A stretch of 63,619 nt of DNA, the filler included, from Atractiella rhizophila (Eukaryota), in the NCBI GenBank assembly GCA_021432655.1. It is 2 parts of 2 records of this genome, joined end to end, with 100 filler letters (N's around TTAATTAATTAA, not from the genome) between each part and the next. Parts side by side here need not be neighbours in the genome. Positions count along the whole stretch, not along the records: positions 1 to 31,813 come from MU271690.1; 1 more part is not named here. One strand, written 5' to 3'. Numbering within the stretch: position 1 is the stretch's first letter; the number at the start of each line of letters is the position of its first letter. The notes under the pieces were generated by a model. That model was given only the letters and a program-made list of their open reading frames with translations. It ran no database searches and was not told where the DNA came from. Below are positions 1 to 13,381 of this stretch, piece by piece. The position numbers and the translations under genes are program-made.

Positions 1-791
1 ACTCAGTTCTCTCGCTACGTTGGAGGACTGAGCGACAATTTGAGGGACGTCAAGAGGTCTGTTCAGTCGACTTGCCGTGGTGTCAGGAATGGTCCCCCTT
101 CTACCCAAGTCATCAAGTATGGATTTTTGCATTTTATTGTCCACTTTGGACGGTGGAACTGATTTAGTTTGCAGGACCCTGCACACCCATCTGCGCTCAT
201 GCAAGCAACATGTCAGCAAGTGTCATGGACAGATCCACCAGTGAGCGCAACTAGTACTTTTGAAAAACTCTGCTCTGACCATTTTGTTTAGCATCCCTCA
301 CATGCACCATCCATCTGGCACCCCTGGTCTTCCTCCTACCATCCCCTCCTGCTCGGGTAAGCCAATCTTTTGAATTCCTTTCAAATGGTGTAGCTCACGA
401 TCTATCGAATTCCAGGGCAACTTGCCGAAGTCGTTCTTCTTTTGGAAGAGATCCTCAAGGAGATTCATGACCTCGCCAAGAGTGAGGCGTCTAACCTCGA
501 ACCATCACTCAAAAACTGACCCGTCCTTGCAGACTCTCCTACCCTCGCTCTCCTTCTTAAGGCATACATTAGCGACATCGATGACGAGCTGAACCAACTC
601 CTCGACACGAGCAACAATGTTGTGCCTCAGACCTTGGAATACACCAGACGATAGTGAGTTTTCTTGTAAACCCTGTTCACACCTTCAATGTCATCTGACG
701 TGATTGTTTTAGCACCACTGGAGTGAGGAGCAACATTAGGAGCTTGAACATGCATCACACTTACCAAACTCTTACTACTGGATCTTTGTAA
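1..791 (+). CDS. 3' part of a multi-exon hypothetical protein (5' end outside window)
   Basis: Five GT..AG introns of about 55-60 nt. The last exons splice to ...LEEILKEIHDLAKNSPTLALLLKAYISDIDDELNQLLD...TTGSL* with TAA at 789-791. No family recognised. Confidence 0.6.
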
Positions 792-1163
792 CTTCTTACG
801 GACAATTTTTGATTTCCTTCTCATCCCAAAATCTTTTTTTTTTTCATGTAGCCTTTCTTATCGATTTTGGGCGAGCTTCATCGGAAGCGTTGTATACTCC
901 TACTCTCTCGAACCATTCGAGCTGATAGAAATTTTATCCCCTTGTTCCCTCCTTTATCATAATACCATTCCTGTCGGTAGTTTAGAGCTCACACGTACCA
1001 TCTGGGGCCTTGCACACTGCGTCCTGCAATTAATATTGTCGAAACTTCCATTATCTAGAATCACACTGCAAGAGTTTCTAACCTGACCCAACAAGCGAAG
1101 AACTGGGTGCATATGGAATCACGAATGATACTTCCCGTCGGTACTCGGATTAGAAAGATTATA

Positions 1164-2431
1164 TTATGCATGTGAAGGTAGAATTCTACTTTGTCTCCCC
1201 AGCTTCCCTGGGCTTGACCACTCCCCTTCTAATCTCCTCAAACTCCCTTCCACCTTCTTCCAATCCACAGCCCCCAAGTGTCTCTTCACATACTCCTCCT
1301 TCGCTTCCAATCCGACTCCATAATCCCACACCCAGTTTCTCTCCCACAGCCCGAGACAAAGGAGAGGGAATAGCTGCGATTTCCATTCGACGGCTATTCA
1401 AAACAATAAGCGTTAATGCCAGCGGTACGAGGTGAGAGGAGATGGGAAGGAGGAAGGGAGCAATGGACGTACAGCGGTTTGAAAGTTCATCTCCCTCTTC
1501 CCTCCTGGTACACAACCGTCCCGCTCCCCGCCGTCCACTTGATCTCTAGCTTCTCTTGAGGAGCATAGTAGACCAACCAGAGGTGCCCAGCAACGTAAGT
1601 GTCCAGGGCAGTCTGTTGCCAGACGTCTTCAAAGTTTTTGAACGACCCGAAGTCTTTTCGAGACCGGCGAGGAGAGGAGAGCTGGGAGAGAGGGCGGTGG
1701 GAGTGGGAGAGAGGGAGGACAAGAAGAGATGGTTGGAAAGGAGGAGGGAGGAGTAACTATATGTTAAGGAGGTGGAGGGCGAGAGAGAAGTAGAGAGTAC
1801 GGTTTGGAGGAGAGATTTCGTAGAGTTCTCTGTCCCTGCGTTGAAGAATGGCTCAGTTGAAATCCAGAAGGAAAGAAAACTGCCATGAGTGCGACAAAGT
1901 CAAAAGCTGTAAAATCGGCAATGAAAATTCTGCTCAACCCCTGATTACCTTCCATGCTCATCTAATGACCTCTCCATCCAGCACAAACATATAAACTGTA
2001 GACGTGTGCGCATAGGAATAAACCGTGTCGCAATATTTTAGAACGTATGCAGAAGCGCATCAACCAGGTATGCCCAATAGGATTATTGCTTCTGGGAGGC
2101 TGAGGTGTAAGATATTTGTTGCCAAATTATTGCTCCGCTCACAACTGTTCAGTAACGAAAGGGCTTTTTTACAGCAAGCGCTCTGAGACGCATTTCACGA
2201 AAATTACAATGACGGCTTGATGCAAGTAAGAAGACAAGAAAAAAAATTATAAAATCATATAAGCAGGGCAGGAGACGTACCTTGAACTTGGTCATTGAGC
2301 TTCCTCATCATGTCCTCCTGCCAGACTTCACCAATTTGTTTCAGCGCATGACTGGAGAGAAATGGAGGGAGTCCACCCGCGGTTGAATAGGGCAGAGGCA
2401 CGCGGGTGTGAAGGAGACGCCGGATTATCAT
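1164..2431 (-). CDS. Fe/Mn-SOD-fold protein lacking metal ligands, probably a mitochondrial small-subunit ribosomal protein (Rsm26/Mrp1-like); apparent frameshifts
   Basis: Exon 1 MIIRRLLHTRVPLPYSTAGGLPPFLS...RKLNDQVQG; middle DFGSFKNFEDVWQQTALDTYVAGHLWLVY; last exon PLLCLGLWERNWVWDYG...AVDWKKVE. These match the SOD N- and C-domains, but the DxWEHAY ligand motif is degenerate. Confidence 0.75.
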
Positions 2432-3032
2432 CGTCGTTGAGGTGGTAAGGAGCTCAGGTTAAGTTTGTCAACTCTCTGTGTCGTGTTGTCAAATGTCGGG
2501 ATTTCCTTTCTTGGAAGTTATTTCTCACAGGGCGAATATCTGCAATGGATTGGCTCAACTGTGATCAACTTGCTGATTATATGATATGTATGTCGGAGTC
2601 CATATATATGAAGGAGTTGTTAGACTGTCAGTTGATTTGCAGCGTCGTGGTGTGTCTTTTTTATGGGTTTCCTATGAGGATGGATAGTTGTGGAGGAGGA
2701 ATTCGAATGATCATAGTAGAAGGCGACGTGCAAAGAATTCTGGCAATCAAGCGCTTGCCATAACGAGCCTTATGGTGTTAACACAGCGCACTAGCATAGT
2801 TGCTTGCATTCTGCACTCTGAGCTCTGAATGCGAGCCCTGTTCACAAGATAGACCATGACATTCCTGAGGTGTACTCTGTGGCATGACCAGATCTTATCG
2901 CTGATGGGTAAGCATAAGATAGAGGACGTCCAAGATGAAATTGCATAGATCACAAGCTTAAATGATCGAGGAGGTACAAAAGAACGGTTCTCCACTAAAA
3001 AACTCATCGGGTCCAATTGAGATGTGGTGTGT

Positions 3033-3469
3033 TTAGCATTGCTATGGATCTGAATGAGTTCATTTCAACAAGAAATAGACGGCGTGAGCTCACCTTGATT
3101 GAAGAGCTACCGATAGTGGCAGCATTCAAGTTGAAGCATTGTCCCGACTTAACTTGAACCGTCTCAGCGCCGGATCCACAATTACCGTTAGGGTAGACCA
3201 CCACACATTTCTGAACATTTTCAGTAAATGGTTGGCCTTGGTGAGCACCAGCTGGTACGGGGGAGCAACCGACTACATACGCTTGGTCAATCATTGTCCT
3301 TGGTGCTGGAAAGCGACAACATACCAGCTTCCAAATTGACCGTTCCCAAATAAGTTCCAGTTCCAGTGCCAGCGGAGCAGAGGTTGGACCAGAACACCAC
3401 TTCGAATTTTGCTTGAGAGAGAGCCGGGTAGAGGAGAAAGATGGCGGAGACGAGAGTGCTGAGCTGCAT
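3033..3469 (-). CDS. Small secreted cysteine-rich protein (about 115 aa, 6 Cys)
   Basis: Signal peptide MQLSTLVSAIFLLYPALSQA; two predicted introns; ends ...SSIKQC*; TATAAAAG about 80 nt upstream. Confidence 0.7.
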
Positions 3470-5000
3470 TTTCGTTTATAGTTGCTGATTTCTTGTTGCT
3501 AATGTGAATGGATCGCTGAGGAGAGAGTGGTGGAAGCCCACAGACTTTTATATCTTTCAGTATAGCATTGGGAGTCAGAAGTGAGATGGCAAGGAGAACT
3601 CGACACGAAAATCTTCGTCGGTCTCAGACAAGGTTGTACCCAGCTGATGGTCGCAACAACGAGTTATAGGTGAAAGAGACTGAATTCGTCCAACGTCCAA
3701 CGTTTCCCAAACGAGCGCAGACTTGCACGGGAGTTCTGCTTGGGTGGAGTTGTTGCATGTAGAACGGCAGCGTACCTGACACATCCCGATGATCTTCAGC
3801 TCTTGCAGACCTTGTCTGCTAGTGTGGCCCTGACAGGCTACACCGACACCCGACATCAAAGAGAGAATGAGGGGTTACTTTTGAGAAAGGTCATTTCTAA
3901 GTGAACGTCATAAATATCCTCAGCACAGTGAATACATCGATGGAAACCCTCTTTAAGGCGATCACGGGAAAAGGGATTCGACGAACGACGCAAGACTGGG
4001 GTCTATCGATATCCCTCCAGAATCACTAGCAACCTCATCCAAAGGCACTCCTAGAATGAGACAGGGCGAAGATGCTCTGCATGATCCACCAGTAATGACG
4101 GTTCGATGGACCTAATGGACCATCATATGAAGAGGTCGAGGTGTAGGTGAACTCTGTGAAGATTAGCACATAAACAACTGGCAGCAACGCCAAGTCAGAA
4201 GAGCTGGACGACGGCATGTCCCTGGCAATACCTTCCGAATTCAAGGTACTACGGTCCCTGGACCGCTTTGGGCTTCCAAGCTGCAGTGCCTGGGTTTCTC
4301 TCTCAACTTCAGACCCTCTGGCCATACTTAAACCTCACGGTGACACGATAAGCTATCTGTCCCTAGGCAAACTCAAGTCTGCCGCTCCTATTGAGGAGAT
4401 GGATCACTGCTCAGGTTGAACCAACGCAATCGAACACTCCTTCTGAACGATCACGTTAGCAATGGAATGACCATAAACACCTCCACTCATCTTCCTCTTT
4501 GGTGAGTCAGCCCAGCCATCTCTCGAGGAATAGTGCTTTCTGCAAGCTCATCTGAATCTATCTCTGATATGTTATATTGGTTCATTCCAGTCATATTTAC
4601 GCTAAGCATCCTGAGTACTAATGTTCCATGACCTTCAAAATACGTGCAACCTGAATTTCTGAAGACGAAGACAGAATAATCGATGCTTCCGCTCCTCTTT
4701 GACATTCTTTCCTCTTACCCCCACAATGTGCCCTTATTCGTGCCTATTTCGGTGGCAGCGTCCAACTTTCAAGGCCCAATGTTCAACCAGTTCAACAGCA
4801 AAAAGTGAGAGTGAGAGTATGGTTAAGTCCACTATTCTGGGATATCGGGCAACCCCGCCTTCCGGTTTTGCCTGCTACCGGGACCTCCGGTCCATGATGT
4901 TGGCATATAACCTGGACAACACTTTTCAGCCTGCCTCAGAGTGTCAGAGAGCTTCAGGACCTGCTTCAGCAACAAAGGAAAGGAAGCTTAAGAGAATACC

Positions 5001-6656
5001 ATGAAAAACGCTGTCTCGGGAAATGCAATTGGGGAGGTCCGGTGAGTTCACCTGCTTTTGAGTAACACGGGTCGCTCTCTTCCTTTTGTTCAATGGAGAG
5101 GAGCGTTATTGATTCGCATTGTGTTTTCTTCTTCTAGGCATCCTATCAATGCAGAAAGGCTGGAGAAATATCTCGCAGAAAGTGTGCCTTCCATCAAACT
5201 ACCACTTGTAATCAAGCAGTTCGGTTTTGGTCAAAGGTGCGTTTCTCACCAAGCATCATTCAGGCGTTAACATGGCCGTTGGCCCTAGCAATCCAACCTA
5301 CTTCCTTACAGCCGCTGAGTCCGTTGCTGTTGCGCCGTAGACAAGTCGCGTGATCGTGCTCATAGTGGACAGCGCTACGTTCTTCGCAAGAAGCCTCCTG
5401 GAAAGCTCGTTTCAAAAACCGCTCATGCGGTTGATCGGGAGTATCGAGTTTTGAAAGCCCTGTCAGAAAATAGCGATGCGCCCGTGCCAGCTGTGTATTG
5501 TCTGTAAGTGCTCAATCTTGTAGTCCAAAGCCAGTTATAATGTCATTCACAGCTGCACCGATGATTCTGTTCTTGGGACGCCGTTCTATATCATGAAATT
5601 TATTGAGGGGCGAATCTTCACAGACATTCGCCTACCAGAAGTAAAGAGCTACGAGGAGCGGCGAGCATGGTTCGTCAGAAAACGCATCTTGTTATTGAGG
5701 GATTGAGATTGATACAGTTGGCGGTCGGCGGTTCAAACACTCGCTCTCCTCCACAAGCAGAGCGTCGAGAAGCTTGGACTTCAGAACTTTGGATCATCAA
5801 AACCTTTCTACCCTCGGCAAATCAAGTCTCTGGGCAACGTTTCCAGAGCGCAGGCTGCAGTTGTGTACCAAAAGGGGAAGCATAAGGGTGAGAAGGTGGA
5901 CGACATTCCTGACATGGAATGGCTGTTGAATTGGTACGAGCGGTGTATGCCTACGGATCCCAACACCGTCATTCACGGTGATTACAAAATTGATAATCTT
6001 GTATTTAAACAGTCGCAGTCTCGACTCCGCAACGCTGACATGGGCCTTGGCCTAGATTTTCCATCCTACAGAGCCACGCGTCATTGGAATCCTCGACTGG
6101 GAGCTCAGCACATTGGTTGAGCGATTCTCAGTCCTTCGAGATGTGGCACTGATCTTACCTGAAGGGGCATCCATTATCCGATTTGGCAAACCTTCTTATG
6201 CCGTACAACGTAGAATACGATCCTACGGACCAGGCTACGGGTCTCCAAATCGGTTTACTGCAAGACTTAGTCCCCTATCGCTTTTTTTCTCCGTCTGAAC
6301 TGTCTTGCAGTGATTGTCCACCGGAGAAATTGACTGTTCCGCCTTTCGACGAACTCATGGATCTCTACCAAAAAGAAGTTGGACGCGTCTACCCGAAAGA
6401 GTCTTGGGCTGCAGCCGTCTCTTTCTCCTTTTTCCGTGTAAGCGTCCCTCTCTCAACTGCTGATCCCGAACTGATGCGACGGGTTGTGAAGCTTGCTGTC
6501 ATTGGACAGGGCATATCAGCAAGGGTGGCCATGGGACAAGCTTCCTCAGCCGCTGCTGAGAGCTACGACAAAGATTTCTTCTGTGGCAGTGGACGACAGG
6601 CTAAAGCCGCGATCGAGCGGTATGAAAAGTCAGTTGGCGCGAGAGCTAAGCTGTAG
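5001..6656 (+). CDS. Aminoglycoside phosphotransferase-family protein (ACAD10/11 N-terminal-like) with PTS1
   Basis: Motifs [40 protein letters not shown] and LDWELST across introns; C-terminal AKL. Confidence 0.9.
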
Positions 6657-6812
6657 CTACTGTCCCTGTATTGTATCCGTTGGAAACCTCTGTTATCAGT
6701 TGAAGCTGCTGGGGAAGGCACAGATTCGTGGAGCGGTTAACACTGGACACCATCCCTTCCTTTTTACAAGCTGAATTCAATTCTCACTCATATTCATATC
6801 AATCGATCGATT

Positions 6813-8909
6813 CTACAAATCAGACTTTCGTTTCTCGTCCAGGTCGTCAATATTCTCATCTTCGGACCTCTTCTTTTCTTCCCCGTCCTCCAACCTGAAC
6901 GGGTCTTCCTTTAAGACGTGATCCTTTCTCAGGCCAGTCCTGGGGTCGATATTCCTCCTCCTGTACTTGTCGACGCTCATGCCGACACCATAGAAGAACG
7001 TGAGAACAAATCCAGTAAAGGCGACCCAATACGACTTTTGAGTGTAGGTCGCATCAGCAAGTACACCCTACATGCACAATTCTCAGATTTTGGTTCTACC
7101 ACGTTAAAGATTCTCCAAACCTGTAATGGAGCAAAGAGTGCTCCTCCACCAACACCAGCAACGACGAAAGACCCTCCCACTTTGGTAAGTCTCCCAAGAC
7201 GAGAGATAGCGAGAGCATAAACTATGAATCTGATTAGAAACATAACAAGACAATCAGGGGGACTCACTTGTCGTCCAACAGATCGATTCAAAGTAGAACA
7301 GCCTTGTACACAAGATTTCTTGAGCTGGCGCCAGGAGAGATCACAAAAACTTACAAAAAGGTGCAAGCAACTATTCCATTACCAGTTGCCTGAGTTACTC
7401 CAATCGTGAAGCAACAGCAAGCCTATTGAAGCCTTAGCACTGCCTTATATCCAACCTCAGGAGACTCACCAGAGCGTAGGCAGTTAGAGCATGGGCGGGA
7501 TCGACGTAATACAGCAATCCCGTGCCCATAAACCTTCCAAGAGCGAAAACCATTTGACAGTAAGAGTAATAGAGGGAGGCCTTGTCTGGCGCATAGGCGA
7601 TACTAGGGGTATCCGCGAACAAGTTGACGGCGAAGGAAGCGACCGCCACCTGAGAGCCGACGTAGCTGAACTGAGCGAGTGCGCCGAAGATCGTGTGCTT
7701 TTGTTTATGTATCGGTTTGACGTCCTCTTTTCGGAGAGTTAGAAGCAGAGGTCAGAAGAGTGAACGCGCAAAGCTTGCCTTGGTTGGCGAGAGTATCCAG
7801 CAGGTTACGTTCGTCAATTTCGGGAAGCTGATACATTTCCGTCAGATTGAAACGAAACGGATGTTTAAACGGGAAACACACAGTTGCGAAGTAAAAGAGC
7901 ACAAGCAGCAGGATTCCAAAGCATCCCACACCTAAGTAGACCCATTGGACGTTACCCAGATCTGTGCTATTCTTTCCTTTATAGATTTCTCGCGAAGCAA
8001 TGAGAGGACCAGCTAGAATCTCAAGTCAACGAGAACTCAAGTGGGAGCTGAAAGACGGACCAAAGGCTCCAATACCGTTCCAAGCTTGCGAGAATGTGAG
8101 CCTCAGAGCGCCGTGCTTTGGTGTCCCCAAAACTATCCCCACGGTGAGCATTATCATCATTACTTCATCTACTAGGCTCACTCGTGATGCTATTTTCGCC
8201 GTTCATTAAAGGAATCGTAATTGGTACGACAGAGATACGTACTAAGTATTAGCCGCCACTTCCAGAGTCGACAAACCCATCGAGATGAAGAAAGTGCAGA
8301 TCACGAAGCCTGGGTACGACTTGTACACCGCCACGGGCCAGTAAAATATCGCTCCTAGGGTATAGGCTGTCAATCCTAGAAGTCTCATCGTCAGCCTTGA
8401 CTTAGCGGGCAAAGGGTCGAACGAAGGCTTACCTGCGTAAATACCGTTCTTGTACCCAATTCGACGCATGAAAAAGCCTTTCGCATCGTCAGCTTGACTC
8501 TCTTCAATAAGAGATCACTTACCGGCCCATGGTGCCCAAAGGAAGTACGCCCCAAAATATGCCACTTGCATAAAAGTGGATTGTGTTTTGGATATTCCAA
8601 AAACCGATTGGAAGTGCTGTTTCGAGATTTATGAGAAGGAGATCTAAAAAAAAATGGGACAAGAGAATCGGTCATACCTTGTTCAGAGAGTCAAGCAAAC
8701 CATATGCAAATCCCCAAGCAAAGAAGAGGGATGACATTAAGCCATATCTGGATTACTCCCTCCTTACACATCTATTGGAAAGATAGAAGACAGGCAACTC
8801 ACGCATATATGAACTGAAACCTCGTCAGATCTTGTGGCCGTACCTCCTTCTTCTCCACCACCTCAACACCCTTTGGGCTCACTTGCTGCTTCAGGTTATG
8901 AAACGGCAT
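6813..8909 (-). CDS. MFS sugar transporter, FucP/glucose-galactose permease family
   Basis: Multi-exon hydrophobic segments such as RRIGYKNGI..GLSTLEVAAN, FSYVGSQVAVASFAVN and GVGGGALFAPLQ; ends DEKRKSDL*. Confidence 0.85.
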
Positions 8910-10542
8910 ATCTCGTCGACAATATCTCTCTTCCAAGCAAGTTCACAGTAAGTCGTTAACGTCGCAGTTTCTTGTCGTGCTTCGTCGAACTGGCGGAATC
9001 GGAATGGAGGCGTGGGGCTCGCGGGAAGGGAAAAGGGAGGGTAGGGAACGTGGCTTTTGTAGTCGCTGATCCGGCTCAGCTTTTTTCTTCTCCCCATGTC
9101 TCAAGCATCTTCCCCACACCTCGACAATATAGATGCAAAGCTGTCAATCCACCGAAATACCACCGTGCTTCATCGTGTGAGGTGCGGCTAAACAACGCTA
9201 GGCGGATTGCGCGGGCCGTAGCACTAATTATGACAGATATCTGACCAGGGATATGTCATGGAAGCGTGGGATTCTCCCATGGTCGATGGGGAGAAGGTTT
9301 GGTGATAAATTAGAATATTAACGAGGAGTGGGTGGGAGAGCGAGGGAGTTTCGAGGAGAGAGAATCCGTGGACCAAAGTGGACGAATGCATTGTCGCCGA
9401 CTTTCCCCTATGTGAAATCCGTGAGATGGAAAGAGAGCAAGCTGACTTGGCTGAGGATTTGCATTCAGCTGTCTCTATGCACGTCTCTTCCTGCCTTGAC
9501 AGCTTGCGGGACGGCTTCCATCCAAAGCAGATAGAACAAGGAAAGGCGGAGTGTCCGATTTCGTTCGCTTCGTTCCACACCGTCTGAGACGGGGACAATG
9601 TTAAAGTTGAGCAAGGAGGGCACACTAACGATTTGACAGCAACCCCATAACTCAGGTGTCCCACATCCGAAGAAGGGATTCGAAGGCAACAGGTGCATCT
9701 GTCATCCCGGCGGGCACTGACGAGAACAAATCAAGGAACAGCTTTCAGTCGGGGCATGAAATGAAAACATTCCAGACCTCGGCGCTGGTTTGATCGACAA
9801 GCAAGGAGAGGAAGTAGTTGTGACGGTGGGCATGTAACGTCGATGGTGATGCATACCAGGTGTGGGAACAAAAGTCCAGGGTTTGCAAGTACACAACTGA
9901 AAAGACAACAATTGACAGCTGAAGCGCTCACCACTAGAAGGCATAGTTTCAAGAGGTGTTCGCACACCGGTAAAAGGTCAGGTCATACGAGGGGACGGGA
10001 ACTGCACACTCTTCCATATTCTCACAAGCTTCTTCACATTGAGCGAGGGACGAGTCTGAGATGGAGTTTTCAATGAGCATAAGCTTGATGTATGCACTTA
10101 ATACTGGCGCTCTCTAGAACGCCATTTTGACTAATACCTATCGCCTGCTGGTACCCCGATCATTGCCAACGAAGAACGTTATTCCTTCACTCATTCTGCG
10201 ACAGTCTCCTGGAGTCCGCATCTACTAGCACGGAGTAAGGCAGTCGTGTCGTGGAACAACATGTGAGGTCCACTATTCCCGTCACTACACTGCCAGCAAA
10301 ACAATACTATCATAAATCCATTCATATGGATTGACTGTAAACTGAAGCCTTTCATGCCTGAATAAGATCGAAAGCCAGTCAAGGAAAATACTGTTAGAAA
10401 GCTTTCATGCTTCGAAAGGTGTCCTGACGTTGCAATAAAGCAAAGACGACATCCCATTAAGACAAACTTGGCGTAGGAAAGGTGGTCAGTCCCTCCCCAC
10501 AGTCCATAAAAGCTATAGAGCTCTATACCTATCCCACCTCAC

Positions 10543-10800
10543 TCACTCCTCCTTCCCACCTTTACTCTTCAACCAACCCTCCTCCCCGCTCCTCCACACA
10601 CCCCAGCTGGGTACGATAATGATCGCATCCACGAGCACTCCCCCGAAGAAAATCTGAAATACTAGGGGGACGGATTGGAAGGCGAATCCGATGATGAAGG
10701 CGAGAATGGTGGAGACGATGAGGATTTGTTGGTTTATACGGGTCAGACGGCGCTGTGAGACGTGTGTCGGTGGATCGTTGAGTGCTAGGAGGGAGTCCAT
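10543..10800 (-). CDS. SPC1: Signal peptidase complex 12 kDa subunit (SPC12/SPCS1)
   Basis: 85 aa with two TM segments: Q..L....QQILIVSTILAFIIGF..QS........GG.......VPSW pattern. Confidence 0.8.
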   Translation of the reverse strand: MDSLLALNDPPTHVSQRRLTRINQQILIVSTILAFIIGFAFQSVPLVFQIFFGGVLVDAIIIVPSWGVWRSGEEGWLKSKGGKEE

Positions 10801-11035
10801 TGTTCTTTCTCAGTTGTCCCGGTTGTATAATGGAAGCGTTTGTGGGTGCAGGTGTTTGGATGTCGCTTTGTTGGGACGTGTTGGGAGTGCTGTTGCTTGA
10901 CGTGTTTTGTGAGCAGTTAGACCAGCTTGATGGGCACAAAACTCACGAGATTTAATGAAATAGTTAGATGCAGCTATAAATCTCCCGCATAAAATGATGT
11001 GAGCTGCCAAAGAATCCTCTAAGCCCAAAGCCAGT

Positions 11036-13301
11036 ATGCCACTTCGTCGTTCATCTACTTCGCCCCGAATTCGGCCGCAGTGTTCCCGACGGCAGAACAG
11101 GTCGACTTCGTTGTCTCAAACGAGCAAGATTTTGGGACGCAGAACAGCAGAAATGGCATCCTCCAACCCAATCCTGCGCTCAGAATCTCTGCCCGCCTTT
11201 CCTCTCACGCCACGACCCTCACGCTCTCCCTCGCCCATTCCCTCACGCCTCCAGCAACAACACGAATCACCTGATCCTGAATCTCCCAGTTCGCTCGAAA
11301 CATCACCTTTGGTGGACGAGAAGGAGTTGGAACTCAAAAAGGAGGACGATGACGGAGTGGGACTGGAGGGGGCAGATGAGGAGGTGGAGATGGTGGTCGA
11401 GGGAAAGGGAACGCTTTGGGATCATCTTATGGCGCAGGTTTGGGATGAGGAGCCACTAGAAGGCGGAAGTGGAAGGAGGGAAAGAGTGGATAACTTCTTG
11501 AAAGTGCCACTGATGGTTGAAAAGGTTCCTCCTTACTTTCCAATCGGAACTGTTGGCTAACTTGACCTGTCACAGATAATTGCAGTAGGCTTCCTCATCT
11601 GCCTCGATGCCTTCCTGTACAACCTCACAATTCTGCCACTCCGCGTCCTTGGAGCGTTCTATACCCTCTTCACTAAAGGGCGTATGTCGTGCGTCACCTC
11701 TTCATCCGTCTTCCCTCACTTTCCTCATCGCCTGTTGGGGAGTTAGAGCAAGCCAACTGACGCATGTCTCACATCTCCTCTTGCTCATCATCCCCTCCAC
11801 CTTACTCGTTCACTTCTCCTTCTCTGACCCTTCACGGATGTACCATTCGGTGCGAGGGCAAGAAACCATCAAATTATACGTCATCTATAACTGCATGGAG
11901 GTATAGTTCAATATCCTCTGTATTTTCTCGTGATCATTGTGTTGAGGCAAGAAGTGGGTATAGATTGCAGACCGCCTCTTCTGTAGTTTCGGACTCGACC
12001 TCCTCGACTCCCTCGCCTCTTTCTTCCCTTCTTCTTCCTCTAAGGGAACGAAGGAAAGACAACCCATTTTCCGTCCTACCTTTTTCTTTTTCCTCTCACA
12101 AATCTACGTCTGTTCGTATTCCTCCGCTTCTGCTTCATCCGATCATCTAACGAGTCTTTATTCGTGTGGACAGTCACGCATACCCTCATCCTGCTCTACT
12201 TGTTAGTGTCACTCAATGTGTCGATCAACAGCTATTCGAACGCCTTGTTGACACTCTTGTTGTCGAATCAATTCGTAGAGATAAAAGGCGCGGTATTCAA
12301 GAAGTTCGAGACTGAGAACCTCTTCCAGCTGTCCTGTGCCGGTTTGTCCTTCCTCTATCTAACCAAGAAACCAAAAAGTCTGACGATGGAACTTGTGATT
12401 TATAAAGACATAGTCGAACGCTTCCAACTCTCCCTCATGCTGACCCTCATCTTCCTCCGAAACCTCGTCGAACTTCAAGGTTCCACCTTCTTCCTCCTCC
12501 CCACCTCCTTCCTCTCGTCATCCAAATCCAAATCCAGTCCGTCGAGCGAACACGGAACAAGCGTCATGTCCATCCTCAGCCCCGTGCTGATAGTGTTGGC
12601 CTCCGAACAGGTCGTGGATTGGTTAAAGCACGGTTTCATCACAAAGTTCAACCATTTGAGGCCTAGGGTATACGAGAGATTCCTCGACGTCGTTTGTGCG
12701 GATCTCGTAGGTCCGCCATCGAGACAACCTGTACGCATTCTTCTTCCCTCCTTGTCTCGTCCTTTCGCTGTTCTCTATCAAGTGAAGGGAGGTACTCATG
12801 TAAATGTGGATACAGAACGTATCAAGACGTCTAGGATTCGCTTCTATCCCATTAGCGTGTCTAGCAATCCGCGTGGCCGTGCAAACGCTCTCCATGACTA
12901 CTTCTCCTTCCTCTCCTCCCACTACTGTATCGTACACCTCTCCCGCCCTCTCGCCTTCCATCCAATTCCTCCACTCCCTCCGAACACCAACCTACCTCCT
13001 TCTCTCCTACCTCTTCTGTCTCCTCCTCAAACTTCTCCTCTCCACCCACCTTCGCTCATACGCTCTCTCGCGCACATACCCTAGTGCGGAGGTGGAGGAT
13101 AGGAGGGAGGAGGAGAGGAGGAATGGGAGAGGGAGGGAGAGCGTGGGAACGGAGGAGGAGAAGAGGGAGGAGAAGAGGATGAGCGAGCGATTGAGGTTTA
13201 GGGAGGAGGAATTGAAGGTTAAGGAGGGTAGGACGGTCAAGTTGGGTATGGGGTTGGAGGGGTTGGAGAGATTCGATATGGTTAAGAGTCGGTTGCATTA
13301 G
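11036..13301 (+). CDS. EMP65: TAPT1/Emp65 (DUF747) ER membrane protein; start may be 11153
   Basis: ERVDNFLKVPL.VEK, SRMYHSVRGQETIKLYVIYN, NQFVEIKGAVFKKF, VDWLKHGFITKFNH, ends ERFDMVKSRLH. Confidence 0.9.
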
Positions 13302-13381
13302 TTTGAGCTGGGCTCTTTGTATAACTATAACATGGATATATTATACTCTCCATACTCCTCGCTGTAGTCCAAGAGATCACG

